Below are positions 1 to 9,211 of a DNA stretch of 64,000 nucleotides, in pieces; within the stretch, counting starts at the first letter, position 1; every line of letters begins with the position of its first letter. The stretch lies in assembly GCA_038064895.1 (NCBI GenBank), contig JBBTSA010000002.1, forward strand, positions 8,942 through 72,941, in the 5' to 3' direction. Below the pieces are notes generated by a model. The model was not told the origin of the DNA. It did not search any database and saw nothing but the letters and a program-made list of their open reading frames with translations. Made by a program: the position numbers and the translations under genes. Source of the stretch: Patescibacteria group bacterium (lineage in GTDB: Bacteria; Patescibacteriota; Microgenomatia; Daviesbacterales; UBA10151).

Positions 1-475
1 TTCTTGAGGCTTCATAATAGAAAACATTTTGGTATTCACCTGCTGTTCCTCCAAGCTCAATAATAACAATATCTGCTTTTTTTACTCTGCCAACATTGTT
101 AATTCTATCTGTAATTTCATTTGTTAAATGTGGAATTGCTTCTACATCTTCACCATCATATTCAAACCTTCTTTCCCTATCAATTACAGTCTGATAAATT
201 TGACCCATGGTAACAAAATTATCCTTGCCCATATCCTCATTTAAAAACTTTTCATAGGTACCAATATCCATATCAGCTTCTGTTCCATCTTCACAAAGAA
301 ATGGATCACCATGCTCAATAGGATTAATTGTTCCTGCATCTAAATTAAGGTAATTTTCAAATTTTATAGGGGCAACTTTATATCCTGCGGATTTTAAAAG
401 GAAGCCAATAGAGGCAGCTGTTGTACCCTTTCCAATACCACTAATAACTCCACCACTAACAAAAATATATTTCAC
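1..475 (-). CDS. pyrG: CTP synthase, N-terminal part (gene continues past window start)
   Basis: Reverse-complement translation from GTG at 475-473 reads MKYIFVSGGVISGIGKGTTAASIG...GDPFLCEDGTEADMDIGTYEKF, the canonical CTP synthase N-terminus. GGAGG RBS lies ~8 nt upstream at 485-489. Confidence 0.85.
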   Translation of the reverse strand, partial: MKYIFVSGGVISGIGKGTTAASIGFLLKSAGYKVAPIKFENYLNLDAGTINPIEHGDPFLCEDGTEADMDIGTYEKFLNEDMGKDNFVTMGQIYQTVIDRERRFEYDGEDVEAIPHLTNEITDRINNVGRVKKADIVIIELGGTAGEYQNVFYYEASR

Positions 476-519
476 GTTTTTAATTCCTCCTTAGAAATAT
501 AACTTCTAAGAATTAAAAA

Positions 520-579
520 GGCAAGGTTCTGATGTACGAGCAGTATAATTTTACAAACTGCGAGAACATCAGGTCCTTA
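520..579. other. Conserved ~60-nt element (copy A), candidate structured RNA or protein-binding site. Homologous copy at 50986-51046.
   Basis: Shares blocks GGCAAGGTTCTGA / GAGCAGTA / ACTGCGA / GGTCCTTA with 50986-51046. An internal inverted repeat (ctgatgt...acatcag) is replaced by tgaca...tgtca in the other copy, which looks like covariation. Confidence 0.35.
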
Positions 580-764
580 TTTTATTTGGGGGACCTGCTC
601 TTTTGAACCCAGAGGAATCCTTCGACTCGCTTTGCTCGCTCAGGACAAGTTTTAGGGCCCTCATAATAATACTAAAACTATAGACACATTTCAAGTGGGC
701 ATTTTAAAATTCGTCGTTACCCACACCAGGTGTGTGCTAGGTAGACACATCGGGTTTTGCAGCC

Positions 765-1205
765 TTAGTTCTTAAGTTCTGATGCCAGTTTAAACCCTAA
801 TTTTGGATACCATTCATCAAAAGAAAATATGGCATCTGCTTTTAAGTTTTGGGCGCAAGCTGCAACAATTGCATCAAAAAAGGTGTTTTTCTTCGAATCA
901 GCCCTGTCAAAGTAGTAAGTTGCCCTTGCTAAAATTTCTTTATCCAGGTATTGCACGCTATATGCCCCCTTTTGTAGCTGGTGATTTATTTTGTGAGCTT
1001 TCTCTGTTTGATTAAGAGCCCTTTTTAAAAAAGTGCTGGCTTCAGGGAAAACAGTGACAGGAAAAACAACAATTAAACTCCTGCTCTCCAGTAATCTGCT
1101 TATTTCAACTGCCTTTTTGTGAAGTGGATCACCCTCCAAAGTCAATGCAACTAAAGCATCTGCATCCGCAACAACTAATCCACTCAACGTTTTTCTCCTC
1201 CCCAC
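765..1205 (-). CDS. PIN-domain toxin (VapC-like)
   Basis: 146-aa ORF. N-terminal LVVADADALVAL plus acidic residues are typical of the PIN fold. Overlaps upstream RHH gene by 22 nt (TA architecture). Confidence 0.65.
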   Translation of the reverse strand: MGRRKTLSGLVVADADALVALTLEGDPLHKKAVEISRLLESRSLIVVFPVTVFPEASTFLKRALNQTEKAHKINHQLQKGAYSVQYLDKEILARATYYFDRADSKKNTFFDAIVAACAQNLKADAIFSFDEWYPKLGFKLASELKN

Positions 1206-1444
1206 ATATAATAGTCCATATTTTTAACAGCATCCTTTGGAACTTTCCCTTTAGTTGGAATTTTCTCCATCATTTTAGCTAAATCCAATAATGCCTTAGC
1301 AGAACTGGAGGCTGGATGGACAACTTCTAAACCCTCCTCCAGGGCATCTCTTATTATTTCGGATTGAGGCTTACTCTTAGCTTTGGCCGCAAGACTAATT
1401 CTCCTTCTTGTATCTTCAGGTATATAGACACTAATTCTTTGCAT
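1184..1444 (-). CDS. Ribbon-helix-helix (CopG/VapB-like) antitoxin
   Basis: 86 aa. N-terminal MQRISVYIPEDTRRRISLAAKAK matches an RHH beta-strand plus helices. Sits immediately upstream of and overlaps the PIN gene. Confidence 0.6.
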   Translation of the reverse strand: MQRISVYIPEDTRRRISLAAKAKSKPQSEIIRDALEEGLEVVHPASSSAKALLDLAKMMEKIPTKGKVPKDAVKNMDYYMWGGEKR

Positions 1445-1457
1445 ACTACCATTATAT

Positions 1458-1475
1458 CATACGTATGACGTATGT
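1458..1475. promoter_or_regulatory. Palindromic operator-like site upstream of RHH antitoxin gene
   Basis: Perfect 12-bp palindrome TCATACGTATGA followed by direct repeat ACGTATG, 14 nt upstream of the RHH gene start (minus strand). Confidence 0.35.
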
Positions 1476-1524
1476 CAATTCTGAAAATTAGTTAACAGGT
1501 TTTAGGGTACAGGTTATAGAAGAA

Positions 1525-1791
1525 TCAGGTTAACTTTTTTCCAGTAACTTCCTCAACTTCCCTTTTTAATTTCTGCAAATTGTTAGCTGATTTCTTCCTG
1601 AAGTACATTTTCGCTAAAATCAGATAGCTCAAAATAACAACAGCATATAAACCAATGAATAGACCTATATTCATTCCTTCCTTAACTAGACCCATTTTTT
1701 GTATAATCCAAAACACTCCGTTGAGCATTAAGTACAGAGGGAAGGTTGCTATAAAACTATTCCTCAGTCCTTTCCAGAAACCCTTATTCAT
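1525..1791 (-). CDS. Small membrane protein, unknown function
   Basis: 88-aa ORF with two predicted hydrophobic helices (FIATFPLYLMLNGVFWII, IGLFIGLYAVVILSYLILA). No recognisable domain. Confidence 0.4.
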   Translation of the reverse strand: MNKGFWKGLRNSFIATFPLYLMLNGVFWIIQKMGLVKEGMNIGLFIGLYAVVILSYLILAKMYFRKKSANNLQKLKREVEEVTGKKLT

Positions 1792-1826
1792 ACTTAAACT
1801 ATAACAAAACTCCTCTGGTATTACAT

Positions 1827-2180
1827 CTATCTCTTTAAAGAAGATATTAATGCATAAAGCATTTTTAGGATTTCTTCTAAAAGCAAAGCTGCTTTTTGAA
1901 TTTGGGTTTTTACATCTGGATAAAGTTTTTCAGCTAATATAAGTTGTGTTTCCAATTCGGCAGCTGATCCATTGGCAACTCTCAGGAATTGTATGTATTC
2001 TAGTTTATGTCCTCTTTTTGCTCCTTCAGCAATATTAGAAGGAATAGCGATTGCAGCTCTCTGCATTTGAGAAGATAAACCAAAAATTTCAGACTTGGGT
2101 AACTTATTAGTTATCTTGTATACCAGTTCCACAAGGTCCATTGATTTCTTCCATACCGTTAGATCTTTATGAGACTGCAT
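1827..2180 (-). CDS. Four-helix-bundle protein (TIGR02436 family, the family also found in 23S rRNA intervening sequences)
   Basis: 117 aa. The QMQRAAIAIPSNIAEGAKRGHKLEYIQFLRVANGSAAELETQL motif is characteristic of this family. Confidence 0.7.
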   Translation of the reverse strand: MQSHKDLTVWKKSMDLVELVYKITNKLPKSEIFGLSSQMQRAAIAIPSNIAEGAKRGHKLEYIQFLRVANGSAAELETQLILAEKLYPDVKTQIQKAALLLEEILKMLYALISSLKR

Positions 2181-2215
2181 TATGTCTTCACTGTACCCTG
2201 TAACCTGTTTACTGT

Positions 2216-4216
2216 CTACTGTGTTTTACTGTCCCCTGTAACCTGATCACTGTTAACTCCTTTAGGCTTGGTCCAGCTGGCATATTTACATCCCGGCCAG
2301 TTTTTGCAGCCATAAAATGTTTTGCCACGCCTTGTATGCCTAACTACTATATCCCCCCCATCATCTGAACATTTGGCATTTATAAGTTCCTCAATTGCCT
2401 CTGTATGCTTGCAATCAGGAAAGCCAGAACAAGCTAAGAATTTCCCAAATCTTCCAATCCTAACAATTAAATCTTTTCCACACTTAGGGCATTTTTTTCC
2501 TGAATATTCTACAGCCATCTTAACTTTTTCAGCAACTTTTTCAGTTTCATTAAGTTTCTTTTCAAATGGAGTGTAAAAATCCCTTATTGTTGACTTCCAA
2601 TCCCTTGCTCCATTTGCAATATCATCAAGCTCATCTTCCAAGCTTGCTGTAAATGTATAATCAATAATGTCTGGGAAGTATTTTAAAACAAAATCACAAA
2701 CAGCAAAGCCCAAAGTTGTAGGGATAAACTTTCTATCAGTCTTTTCAACATAAAATCTCTCCTGTATTGTGGAAATAATTGGAGCATAAGTTGAAGGTCT
2801 ACCTATTCCTAACTCTTCCAGCTTCTTAATTAAAGATGCCTCATTATATCTAGGTGGAGGTTCAGTGAAGTGTTGGGAAGGCAGAAGCTGAAGTAATTTC
2901 AAAACCTCATTCTCTGAAAGAGGTGGCAATACTTGTTTTTTCTCATTATCAGATTCATCTACATCTTTACCATACAGTTTAAGCCAGCCTTCAAACTTTA
3001 TAACCGATCCAGTTGCTCGAAGCAAATATTCATCAGCTTTCACATCAATTGTGGCCTGATCCATCACCGCCTCATTCATCTGGCAAGCCACAAACCTTTT
3101 CCAAATCAGATCATAAAGTCTGGCGTGATCCCTGTTTAACCCGCCTTGCTCTCTGATATCTGAAGACTGACGACTGATGACTGTTGGTCTAACCGCTTCA
3201 TGAGCCTCCTGAACATTTTTGGATCTGGATTTATAAAACTTAGGTGAAGCCGGAAGGTATGGCTTACCTATTGCATCAGCAATATATGCACGGACCATGC
3301 CTATTGCTTGCGGAGCTATATTAAATGAATCTGTTCTCATATAAGTTATTAATCCATGTTCATACAAGTTCTGTGCAAGCATCATGGTTTTTTTAGCTGT
3401 AAAATGCAGAACATTTGCACCAGCTTGTTGCATTGTTGAAGTTGTAAAAGGAGGGTATGGATATCTCCTAACCTCCTTTTGGGTAATTTTAGCCACAGCG
3501 TATTTCGCTTTTTCCAGATTTTTAACATGCTCATCAGCTTCTTTTTGATTTGTAACTACCAGTTTATTTCCTTCTTTTTCAATTACAACTGCTAAGAATT
3601 TCCCTTTTTCAGCCTCTAACTCAGCTTCAATATTCCAATATTCCTCTGCTTTAAAAGCTGAAACCTCTCTTTCCCTCTCAACAATTAGCCTTAAAGCTAC
3701 AGATTGTACTCTTCCTGCTGATAAACCTCTTTTTACTTTTTGCCAAAGTAGTGGGGACAATTTGTATCCAACAAGTCTATCTAGGACTCTTCTGGCTTGC
3801 TGTGCATCTACGAGTTTTAGGTTAATTTCTCTTGGGTTTTTAAAGGCTTCTTTTATAGCCTCTTCTGTTATTTCATGAAAAACAACTCTTTGAATTTCCG
3901 GACTTTTCCCTTTCCCCTTATCCCTTATCACTTGCCCTAGATGCCATGCTATTGCCTCCCCTTCCCTGTCAGGATCAGTTGCAAGCCACAAAGTTTTTGC
4001 TTCTTTTGCTATTTTTTTTAGTTGGTTTACATTTTTAACTTTATCTCTTGGAATTACATATTGAGGTTCAAAATCATGCTCCAAATCTATCCCAAAATCA
4101 GACTTTGGCAAATCCCTAACATGGCCCATCGAGGCCTCTATCTGATATTTATCCCCCAAAAACTTTGCAAGTGTTTTTGCTTTTGTTGGACTTTCCACCA
4201 CAACAAGATTTTGCAT
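2216..4216 (-). CDS. topA: DNA topoisomerase I
   Basis: 666 aa. N-terminal Toprim LVVVESPTKAKTLAKFLG, conserved core, and C-terminal Zn-ribbon CPKCGKDLIVRIGRFGKFLACSGFPDCKHT. Confidence 0.9.
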   Translation of the reverse strand: MQNLVVVESPTKAKTLAKFLGDKYQIEASMGHVRDLPKSDFGIDLEHDFEPQYVIPRDKVKNVNQLKKIAKEAKTLWLATDPDREGEAIAWHLGQVIRDKGKGKSPEIQRVVFHEITEEAIKEAFKNPREINLKLVDAQQARRVLDRLVGYKLSPLLWQKVKRGLSAGRVQSVALRLIVEREREVSAFKAEEYWNIEAELEAEKGKFLAVVIEKEGNKLVVTNQKEADEHVKNLEKAKYAVAKITQKEVRRYPYPPFTTSTMQQAGANVLHFTAKKTMMLAQNLYEHGLITYMRTDSFNIAPQAIGMVRAYIADAIGKPYLPASPKFYKSRSKNVQEAHEAVRPTVISRQSSDIREQGGLNRDHARLYDLIWKRFVACQMNEAVMDQATIDVKADEYLLRATGSVIKFEGWLKLYGKDVDESDNEKKQVLPPLSENEVLKLLQLLPSQHFTEPPPRYNEASLIKKLEELGIGRPSTYAPIISTIQERFYVEKTDRKFIPTTLGFAVCDFVLKYFPDIIDYTFTASLEDELDDIANGARDWKSTIRDFYTPFEKKLNETEKVAEKVKMAVEYSGKKCPKCGKDLIVRIGRFGKFLACSGFPDCKHTEAIEELINAKCSDDGGDIVVRHTRRGKTFYGCKNWPGCKYASWTKPKGVNSDQVTGDSKTQ

Positions 4217-4276
4217 CTAAATCACCTTAATGGGATTTTACACTAGTTGTCAAGCATTAAACATGAAAAAATAAAT

Positions 4277-4297
4277 ATCTGGCAGAAGGTGGAATAA
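4277..4297 (+). repeat. 21-bp direct repeat ATCTGGCAGAAGGTGGAATAA (copy 1)
   Basis: Identical 21-mer recurs at 5338-5358, where it encodes the last codons and stop of ORF 4357-5358. Confidence 0.8.
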
Positions 4298-4356
4298 GCA
4301 GGCAAACTTTTACACAGGGTGGAATAAAATCGTTCTAAAGTTGTATAATCCTACCT

Positions 4357-5358
4357 ATGATAGAACGTTTCTTGAGAAGAGTGCTGTTTATTAGGAGAAA
4401 TTCAGCCGAGCCTCCTCTTACTAAGAATTTAGTATTGCCTTCAGTTCCGACTCCAGCAGCACCATTTGCAGAGGACTCATCGAAACAATTTCCAGAAGTT
4501 GCAGATCGCGGTTTACGAAATATATTGGCAAACATGAATACCCGTTGTGAATTAGAAATCTATGATTGGCCTATCAGAATAAGAGAATTTTCTAGGGGAT
4601 TGGAACCGGGAGTTGCCTTGAAGCAAATAAAAGCAGAAGAAACTATCAGGTATTTCGCTTCTCACCATTTGGTTGAAACCAGTACGGCGCCTGTTTGGTA
4701 TAAAGGCCAACGAGCATATTGGTTTACAAATGACCAAGTGCTGGCAGCTACTGCGCTATATTACTTTCGGAGAATAGGATTGCCAATGGAAAGGGTGGCA
4801 GAAACAGCGAAGGAAGCCTTAGGTGCCGATCCGCTTGCTGCTCAGATTTATCCAGAAAGTAATGCTCCGATAGTTACTTTCCAGGAACCAGAAGCGCAGA
4901 AGACTGATCCGGACTTTCCTCACTTTATGAACGGTGCCAGGGAGGCATTTGGAAACGTAGAATCCTGGCCTTTATTCAGAAGAGAGCTTGCAATTATCAT
5001 TAGTCAGGTAAGCAGAAGTATGTACGATCGAAGAAGATTTATATTTAATAACCCTTTTGACGCTTTCCATATACATTATCAGCTTGAGCGTTATGCAAAA
5101 TTTGGAGTTATTGTTTTGTCAAAAGCAGAATACCCTGAATGGAAAGGTAGAGATGGAAAACCCCTCCAGGGAGATGTATTTGCTAAAGATGAGGTATTGG
5201 TATCCTGTGCCTTAATTTACTCCTGGTTGAGGATGAGAAATACAGTGCCCCTTGAGGGGATAATTTACAAGGCAAGAAAACTTTTGCAGGATGATCCTAT
5301 CGTACTTTTGATTCATGATCTTCAAAGAGAAAAGCAAATCTGGCAGAAGGTGGAATAA
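4357..5358 (+). CDS. Hypothetical protein (333 aa), visibly GC-richer than flanks
   Basis: Long ORF with coding-like composition and no recognisable motifs. Bracketed by identical 21-bp direct repeats. Confidence 0.5.
   Translation: MIERFLRRVLFIRRNSAEPPLTKNLVLPSVPTPAAPFAEDSSKQFPEVADRGLRNILANMNTRCELEIYDWPIRIREFSRGLEPGVALKQIKAEETIRYFASHHLVETSTAPVWYKGQRAYWFTNDQVLAATALYYFRRIGLPMERVAETAKEALGADPLAAQIYPESNAPIVTFQEPEAQKTDPDFPHFMNGAREAFGNVESWPLFRRELAIIISQVSRSMYDRRRFIFNNPFDAFHIHYQLERYAKFGVIVLSKAEYPEWKGRDGKPLQGDVFAKDEVLVSCALIYSWLRMRNTVPLEGIIYKARKLLQDDPIVLLIHDLQREKQIWQKVE
5338..5358 (+). repeat. 21-bp direct repeat ATCTGGCAGAAGGTGGAATAA (copy 2)
   Basis: Identical to 4277-4297. Overlaps the 3' end of ORF 4357-5358. 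Confidence 0.8.
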
Positions 5359-5440
5359 ATAACTACTCCTTAGTGTTGACATCCCACAATATCTTGTACA
5401 CTTCTGTCCTTGAGTTTTCTCCTTATGTAACAAGTCCGGA

Positions 5441-5476
5441 GAGGATGGCCAAAATGGGCGAGAAATTGGCCAAGAA
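5441..5476. repeat. ~35-bp GGATGGCCAAAATGG...AAATTGGCCAA repeat (copy 1) at a convergent gene junction
   Basis: gaggatggccaaaatgggcgagaaattggccaagaag, similar to 6646-6680. Contains the palindrome TTGGCCAA. Lies between convergent genes. Confidence 0.5.
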
Positions 5477-5477
5477 G

Positions 5478-5726
5478 TTACTCAAAATCCGAATCCAAAA
5501 CCTCCGGATTTATTTTTTCAAGTTCTGCTTCTAGATCAGTAGAGGCATCAAACTGAAAAGTCTTTGGAGCAACTGGAGCAGGTGGAGTTGGATCCGGGAT
5601 TTGTTCACCCAAAGTCTGGGAAAATCCGGGCCCGGTTAATTTTTGTCCAAAACTGCTTCTGGAAACATACCAGATAAGGACAACTACAGACAAAAGCAGA
5701 ATTGTCATTATTATTTTCTTATTCAT
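5478..5726 (-). CDS. Membrane-anchored hypothetical protein
   Basis: 82 aa. N-terminal TM IIMTILLLSVVVLIWYV. ATGA overlap with the upstream gene suggests an operon. Confidence 0.45.
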   Translation of the reverse strand: MNKKIIMTILLLSVVVLIWYVSRSSFGQKLTGPGFSQTLGEQIPDPTPPAPVAPKTFQFDASTDLEAELEKINPEVLDSDFE

Positions 5727-6084
5727 TTAATGCCTTTTTTACTTCATTTTTTGCTCTAAGAACCTTTCCTGCTAAAGTATTTAATTGAGCTTTAAGAGTG
5801 GTTTGTGAGTCAGTCTTTTTAGACCTTTGAAATGCTATTGCTTCAGCTGCATATGTTATCCAATAATCAGCAGCCTCAATTTGGCTGTCCACTCCTCCAA
5901 AAGCAACCCTTGTTTCTGTTATCCCCTTTCTTTCCCTTAACTCCTCCATTATTGCTGCAAGTCTTGCAGCATCCTCCTCAAACCTGTTACAAACCTTTTG
6001 GTTTACCTCATCCAAAGAAGGGGCAGCAAAAGCTGTAAATGGTAAAAACAAAAATATAATCCCCACCAAAACCCGCTTTTTCAT
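5719..6084 (-). CDS. Secreted hypothetical protein
   Basis: 121 aa. Signal peptide MKKRVLVGIIFLFLPFTAFAAPS. Confidence 0.5.
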   Translation of the reverse strand: MKKRVLVGIIFLFLPFTAFAAPSLDEVNQKVCNRFEEDAARLAAIMEELRERKGITETRVAFGGVDSQIEAADYWITYAAEAIAFQRSKKTDSQTTLKAQLNTLAGKVLRAKNEVKKALNE

Positions 6085-6114
6085 ATTTTTCTATCATACA
6101 CTATCTATCAGTAC

Positions 6115-6642
6115 TTGAAGAGTAACACAGGATCTGATATGCTAACGTTCCTTTTGGCTATTGAAATCTTACAAAAAGAAATGCGACAGCAGTTTCCATA
6201 TTGGGCCTGGTATGGAGAACCCCGCAGTGAGGATGCATCTACTTACCTTGAGAGGGCATGGGAATATGCTGAAGACGGAAATACCGGTAACATGGACGCT
6301 ATGGTTGCTATGGCACTAAGAACAAGTAATGCACCCTATCTGAATGCGGAGGAAATTAAGACAATGAGAGTTCACGGATACGGTATTTTTATACATAATA
6401 CATTAGGAATGCTTTTTGAGCTTGAGGATACATATGATGAAAGGTGTAATGACAAAGTGAATATTGTAGTAATGCTCCTTATAGATCCTAAGTCAGGCGG
6501 AACTACAGTAACACCGGAGGAGCGTGCTGAAACTATGGTAAATACTTCTAAACAATTTTCATTAGATCATCTTACTTTACTTAACCATCTTTATCCGCAA
6601 GTTGAAACAGCGGAACATAAATTAGACGAGCTGTTAAGCTAA
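6115..6642 (+). CDS. Hypothetical protein
   Basis: 175-aa ORF with no recognisable motif. Confidence 0.4.
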   Translation: MKSNTGSDMLTFLLAIEILQKEMRQQFPYWAWYGEPRSEDASTYLERAWEYAEDGNTGNMDAMVAMALRTSNAPYLNAEEIKTMRVHGYGIFIHNTLGMLFELEDTYDERCNDKVNIVVMLLIDPKSGGTTVTPEERAETMVNTSKQFSLDHLTLLNHLYPQVETAEHKLDELLS

Positions 6643-6645
6643 CAG

Positions 6646-6680
6646 CGGATGGCCAAAATGGCCCAAATTGGCCAAAACGG
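6646..6680. repeat. ~35-bp GGATGGCCAAAATGG...AAATTGGCCAA repeat (copy 2) at a convergent gene junction
   Basis: gcggatggccaaaatggcccaaattggccaaaacgg, matching copy 1 at 5441-5476. Again located between convergent genes. Confidence 0.5.
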
Positions 6681-6688
6681 TGGGACGT

Positions 6689-9211
6689 TTACAGTAAATC
6701 AACCCCAGCCTTAAAAGTATTTCCTTTAACCAATTTATTTTCCAAAATTAGTCTGGATAAGTTTGCCTCCAAGCTGTCTTGAATTAGTCTTCTTAAAGGT
6801 CTTGCTCCCAGGACAGGATCAAAACCTCTTTTGGCAAGCTCTACCACCAAATAGGCATCAAATTCCAAAATATAGCCTTTTTCCTTCATCTGATTTTGTA
6901 AGGTAGTGAGTTTAATAGTAACAATTTTTTGCAGATCATCCTGTGACAGCAGTTTAAACAAAACCACATCATCAAATCTATTTATTAGCTCGGGCTTAAA
7001 AGTTCTCAAAAGCTCATCATTAACTTCTTTATCTATATCATCCATACTTTTTCCAGAACCCAAACCTTGTGCTATAAGCAATGATCCTGCATTTGATGTA
7101 GCAATAATTATGGTATTTGTAAAATCTACTGTTCGCCCCATTCCATCAGTTAACCTTCCGTCATCCAAAACCTGCAAAAATAAAGTTAAAATTTTAGGAT
7201 CTGCTTTTTCAAACTCATCCAAAAGAAGCAAACAATACGGATTATTCCTGATAGCTTCAGTGAGCTGTCCTCCTTCTCCGGAGGAACCTATCAGTCGATT
7301 TACCGATTCTGCCGACTGATATTCAGACATATCAAAACGGATGAAGGAACTTCCTGCTGACGCAGTAAATGCTCCTTCATTTTTGAAATATACCAAAGAT
7401 AATGTTTTAGCAAGTTCTGTTTTCCCTACCCCTGTTGGGCCAACAAATAAAAATGAGCCTATTGGTCTTGTTTCTTCCCGCATTCCTGTTGCAGATCTTC
7501 TTAAGCTGTCACAAACTGCTTTCACGGCTTGAGACTGGTCAATCAATTTCCTGTGTATTTCATCTTCCAAATTAAGAAGTTTTCCTTTATCCAACTCTCC
7601 TACCTCAATCACCGGGATTTTAGATCTTTGAGAAACAACTTCTCTGACAACTTTTTTTGTTACCCAGCTATCGACAGCTCTAGTTTGAGCTTCCTTTAAA
7701 ACAGAAATGGCGCAGTCCGGCAAAACCCGATCATGTATAAGTTTTGATGAAAGCTCTACTGCTTCTTTTAGGGCAAGATATGTAATTCTTACTTTATGCT
7801 TTCTCTCCAAAACTATGCTTCGGTCAATTAAAATTTTCAAGCTGTCCCCAAAAGATGCAGGAGGAAGCTCAACTTTTCTAAAAAGTCTTGCAAATGCTCC
7901 GTTTTTTTCTATAATTTTTGAATAATTTTCTGTTTCTGTTGTGCCAATGAATTGAAATGCGTCGGATTCCAAATACGGCTGCATTAGCGAATATAAATTA
8001 AATGTGGCTCCTGCTTCTCCTAATCCTAAATCCGCAATTTCCTCAACCACGACTATAACATTTTGAGCATATCCCACTTCTTCAAAAATATTTTTTATTC
8101 TCTCTGCAAGCTCTCCTTGGGTTTTAATGCCTGAAAGAAGCTTTGTTAAGTCTAAAAGTACTAATCTTTTGGTTGCCAGTGCGGAAGGAGCATCTCCTGC
8201 AACAACTTTTTTAGCAAGATTTCTAATCAAGGCGCTTTTGCCGGATCCGGCAGGTCCTACAATAATTACATTCCTCCCTGTTTCTTGAGACAGGATATTT
8301 ATAATCTCTTCAACTACCCCGCTTCCTCTGATAAAGTCCGCATACCCAACCCTTGCAGCCTCTCTTGTCAAATCCTCTCCTATTAAATCCAGGCTTGGTG
8401 TAGGAACGCCAAGCCAGCCTCTATTTACTCCTTTTAAATGATGGACGGCAAAATCATCGTCCCAAATATACACTCTTCTCCACTTATTTTTCTTTTGCTC
8501 CAAGTAAGATAAGACGCTATCAAAATCTTCCAATTTAAGGTCAAATTTTAGAAGAGTCTTGTCGATATCGGGTATTTCCCCAAGCGCTGCCACAAAGAAG
8601 TGAACGGAAGATAGATATTGACTTGAGCGTTGTTTTGCAAGCTCTAAAGCTTTGATACTTACTGCATCAACGTTTGCAATTTTAAAATCAGGGAAATGCT
8701 CCGGCTTAAGCTCTAAATTTATAAGAAGTGAGTTAACCTCCCCTGCTTTCAAAAGGGATAAAAAATCTAAATCTTTCTTTTTGATTAAAGAGGCTTCAAA
8801 TAAGTTTTCTTTAGATACTTGCCAAACCTTTTTATGGGGGTGTGTGAAAGTATGAATTAAAAAAAGTCCTACTCCGGTGAATGTAACCACCGCCCCAAAT
8901 CCGGGAAAACCCAGGATTGCAGCAGGAGGTAAGTAGAACCAATAAATTGCTATAATAGCTAAAACAGTGGTAGCCAAAACATAAGCAAATATCCCTATAA
9001 AAAGCCTTACTGTGCGGAAAAGAAAACTTAAAATTCTCCCGACGATTGTGGCATCATGAAAAAGCGGGACAAAAAGAAGTTTCCACATCAACCCTACTGC
9101 CAGATCCTCTTCCAAAAATAGAATCAAATTTTTCCAGGTTCTAAAAAAGACCTCAATTGACTCTATATACCAGAATTTAAACAGGTGTATTGGCAGTGTT
9201 ATATATTTCAT
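6689..9211 (-). CDS. Clp-family double AAA+ ATPase (ClpA/ClpC-like) with N-terminal transmembrane domain
   Basis: 840 aa. Two Walker A sites (GPAGSGKS and GPTGVGKTELAK). D1/D2 architecture without a long coiled-coil M-domain. First ~130 aa contain 3-4 hydrophobic helices instead of a Clp N domain. Confidence 0.8.
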   Translation of the reverse strand: MKYITLPIHLFKFWYIESIEVFFRTWKNLILFLEEDLAVGLMWKLLFVPLFHDATIVGRILSFLFRTVRLFIGIFAYVLATTVLAIIAIYWFYLPPAAILGFPGFGAVVTFTGVGLFLIHTFTHPHKKVWQVSKENLFEASLIKKKDLDFLSLLKAGEVNSLLINLELKPEHFPDFKIANVDAVSIKALELAKQRSSQYLSSVHFFVAALGEIPDIDKTLLKFDLKLEDFDSVLSYLEQKKNKWRRVYIWDDDFAVHHLKGVNRGWLGVPTPSLDLIGEDLTREAARVGYADFIRGSGVVEEIINILSQETGRNVIIVGPAGSGKSALIRNLAKKVVAGDAPSALATKRLVLLDLTKLLSGIKTQGELAERIKNIFEEVGYAQNVIVVVEEIADLGLGEAGATFNLYSLMQPYLESDAFQFIGTTETENYSKIIEKNGAFARLFRKVELPPASFGDSLKILIDRSIVLERKHKVRITYLALKEAVELSSKLIHDRVLPDCAISVLKEAQTRAVDSWVTKKVVREVVSQRSKIPVIEVGELDKGKLLNLEDEIHRKLIDQSQAVKAVCDSLRRSATGMREETRPIGSFLFVGPTGVGKTELAKTLSLVYFKNEGAFTASAGSSFIRFDMSEYQSAESVNRLIGSSGEGGQLTEAIRNNPYCLLLLDEFEKADPKILTLFLQVLDDGRLTDGMGRTVDFTNTIIIATSNAGSLLIAQGLGSGKSMDDIDKEVNDELLRTFKPELINRFDDVVLFKLLSQDDLQKIVTIKLTTLQNQMKEKGYILEFDAYLVVELAKRGFDPVLGARPLRRLIQDSLEANLSRLILENKLVKGNTFKAGVDLL

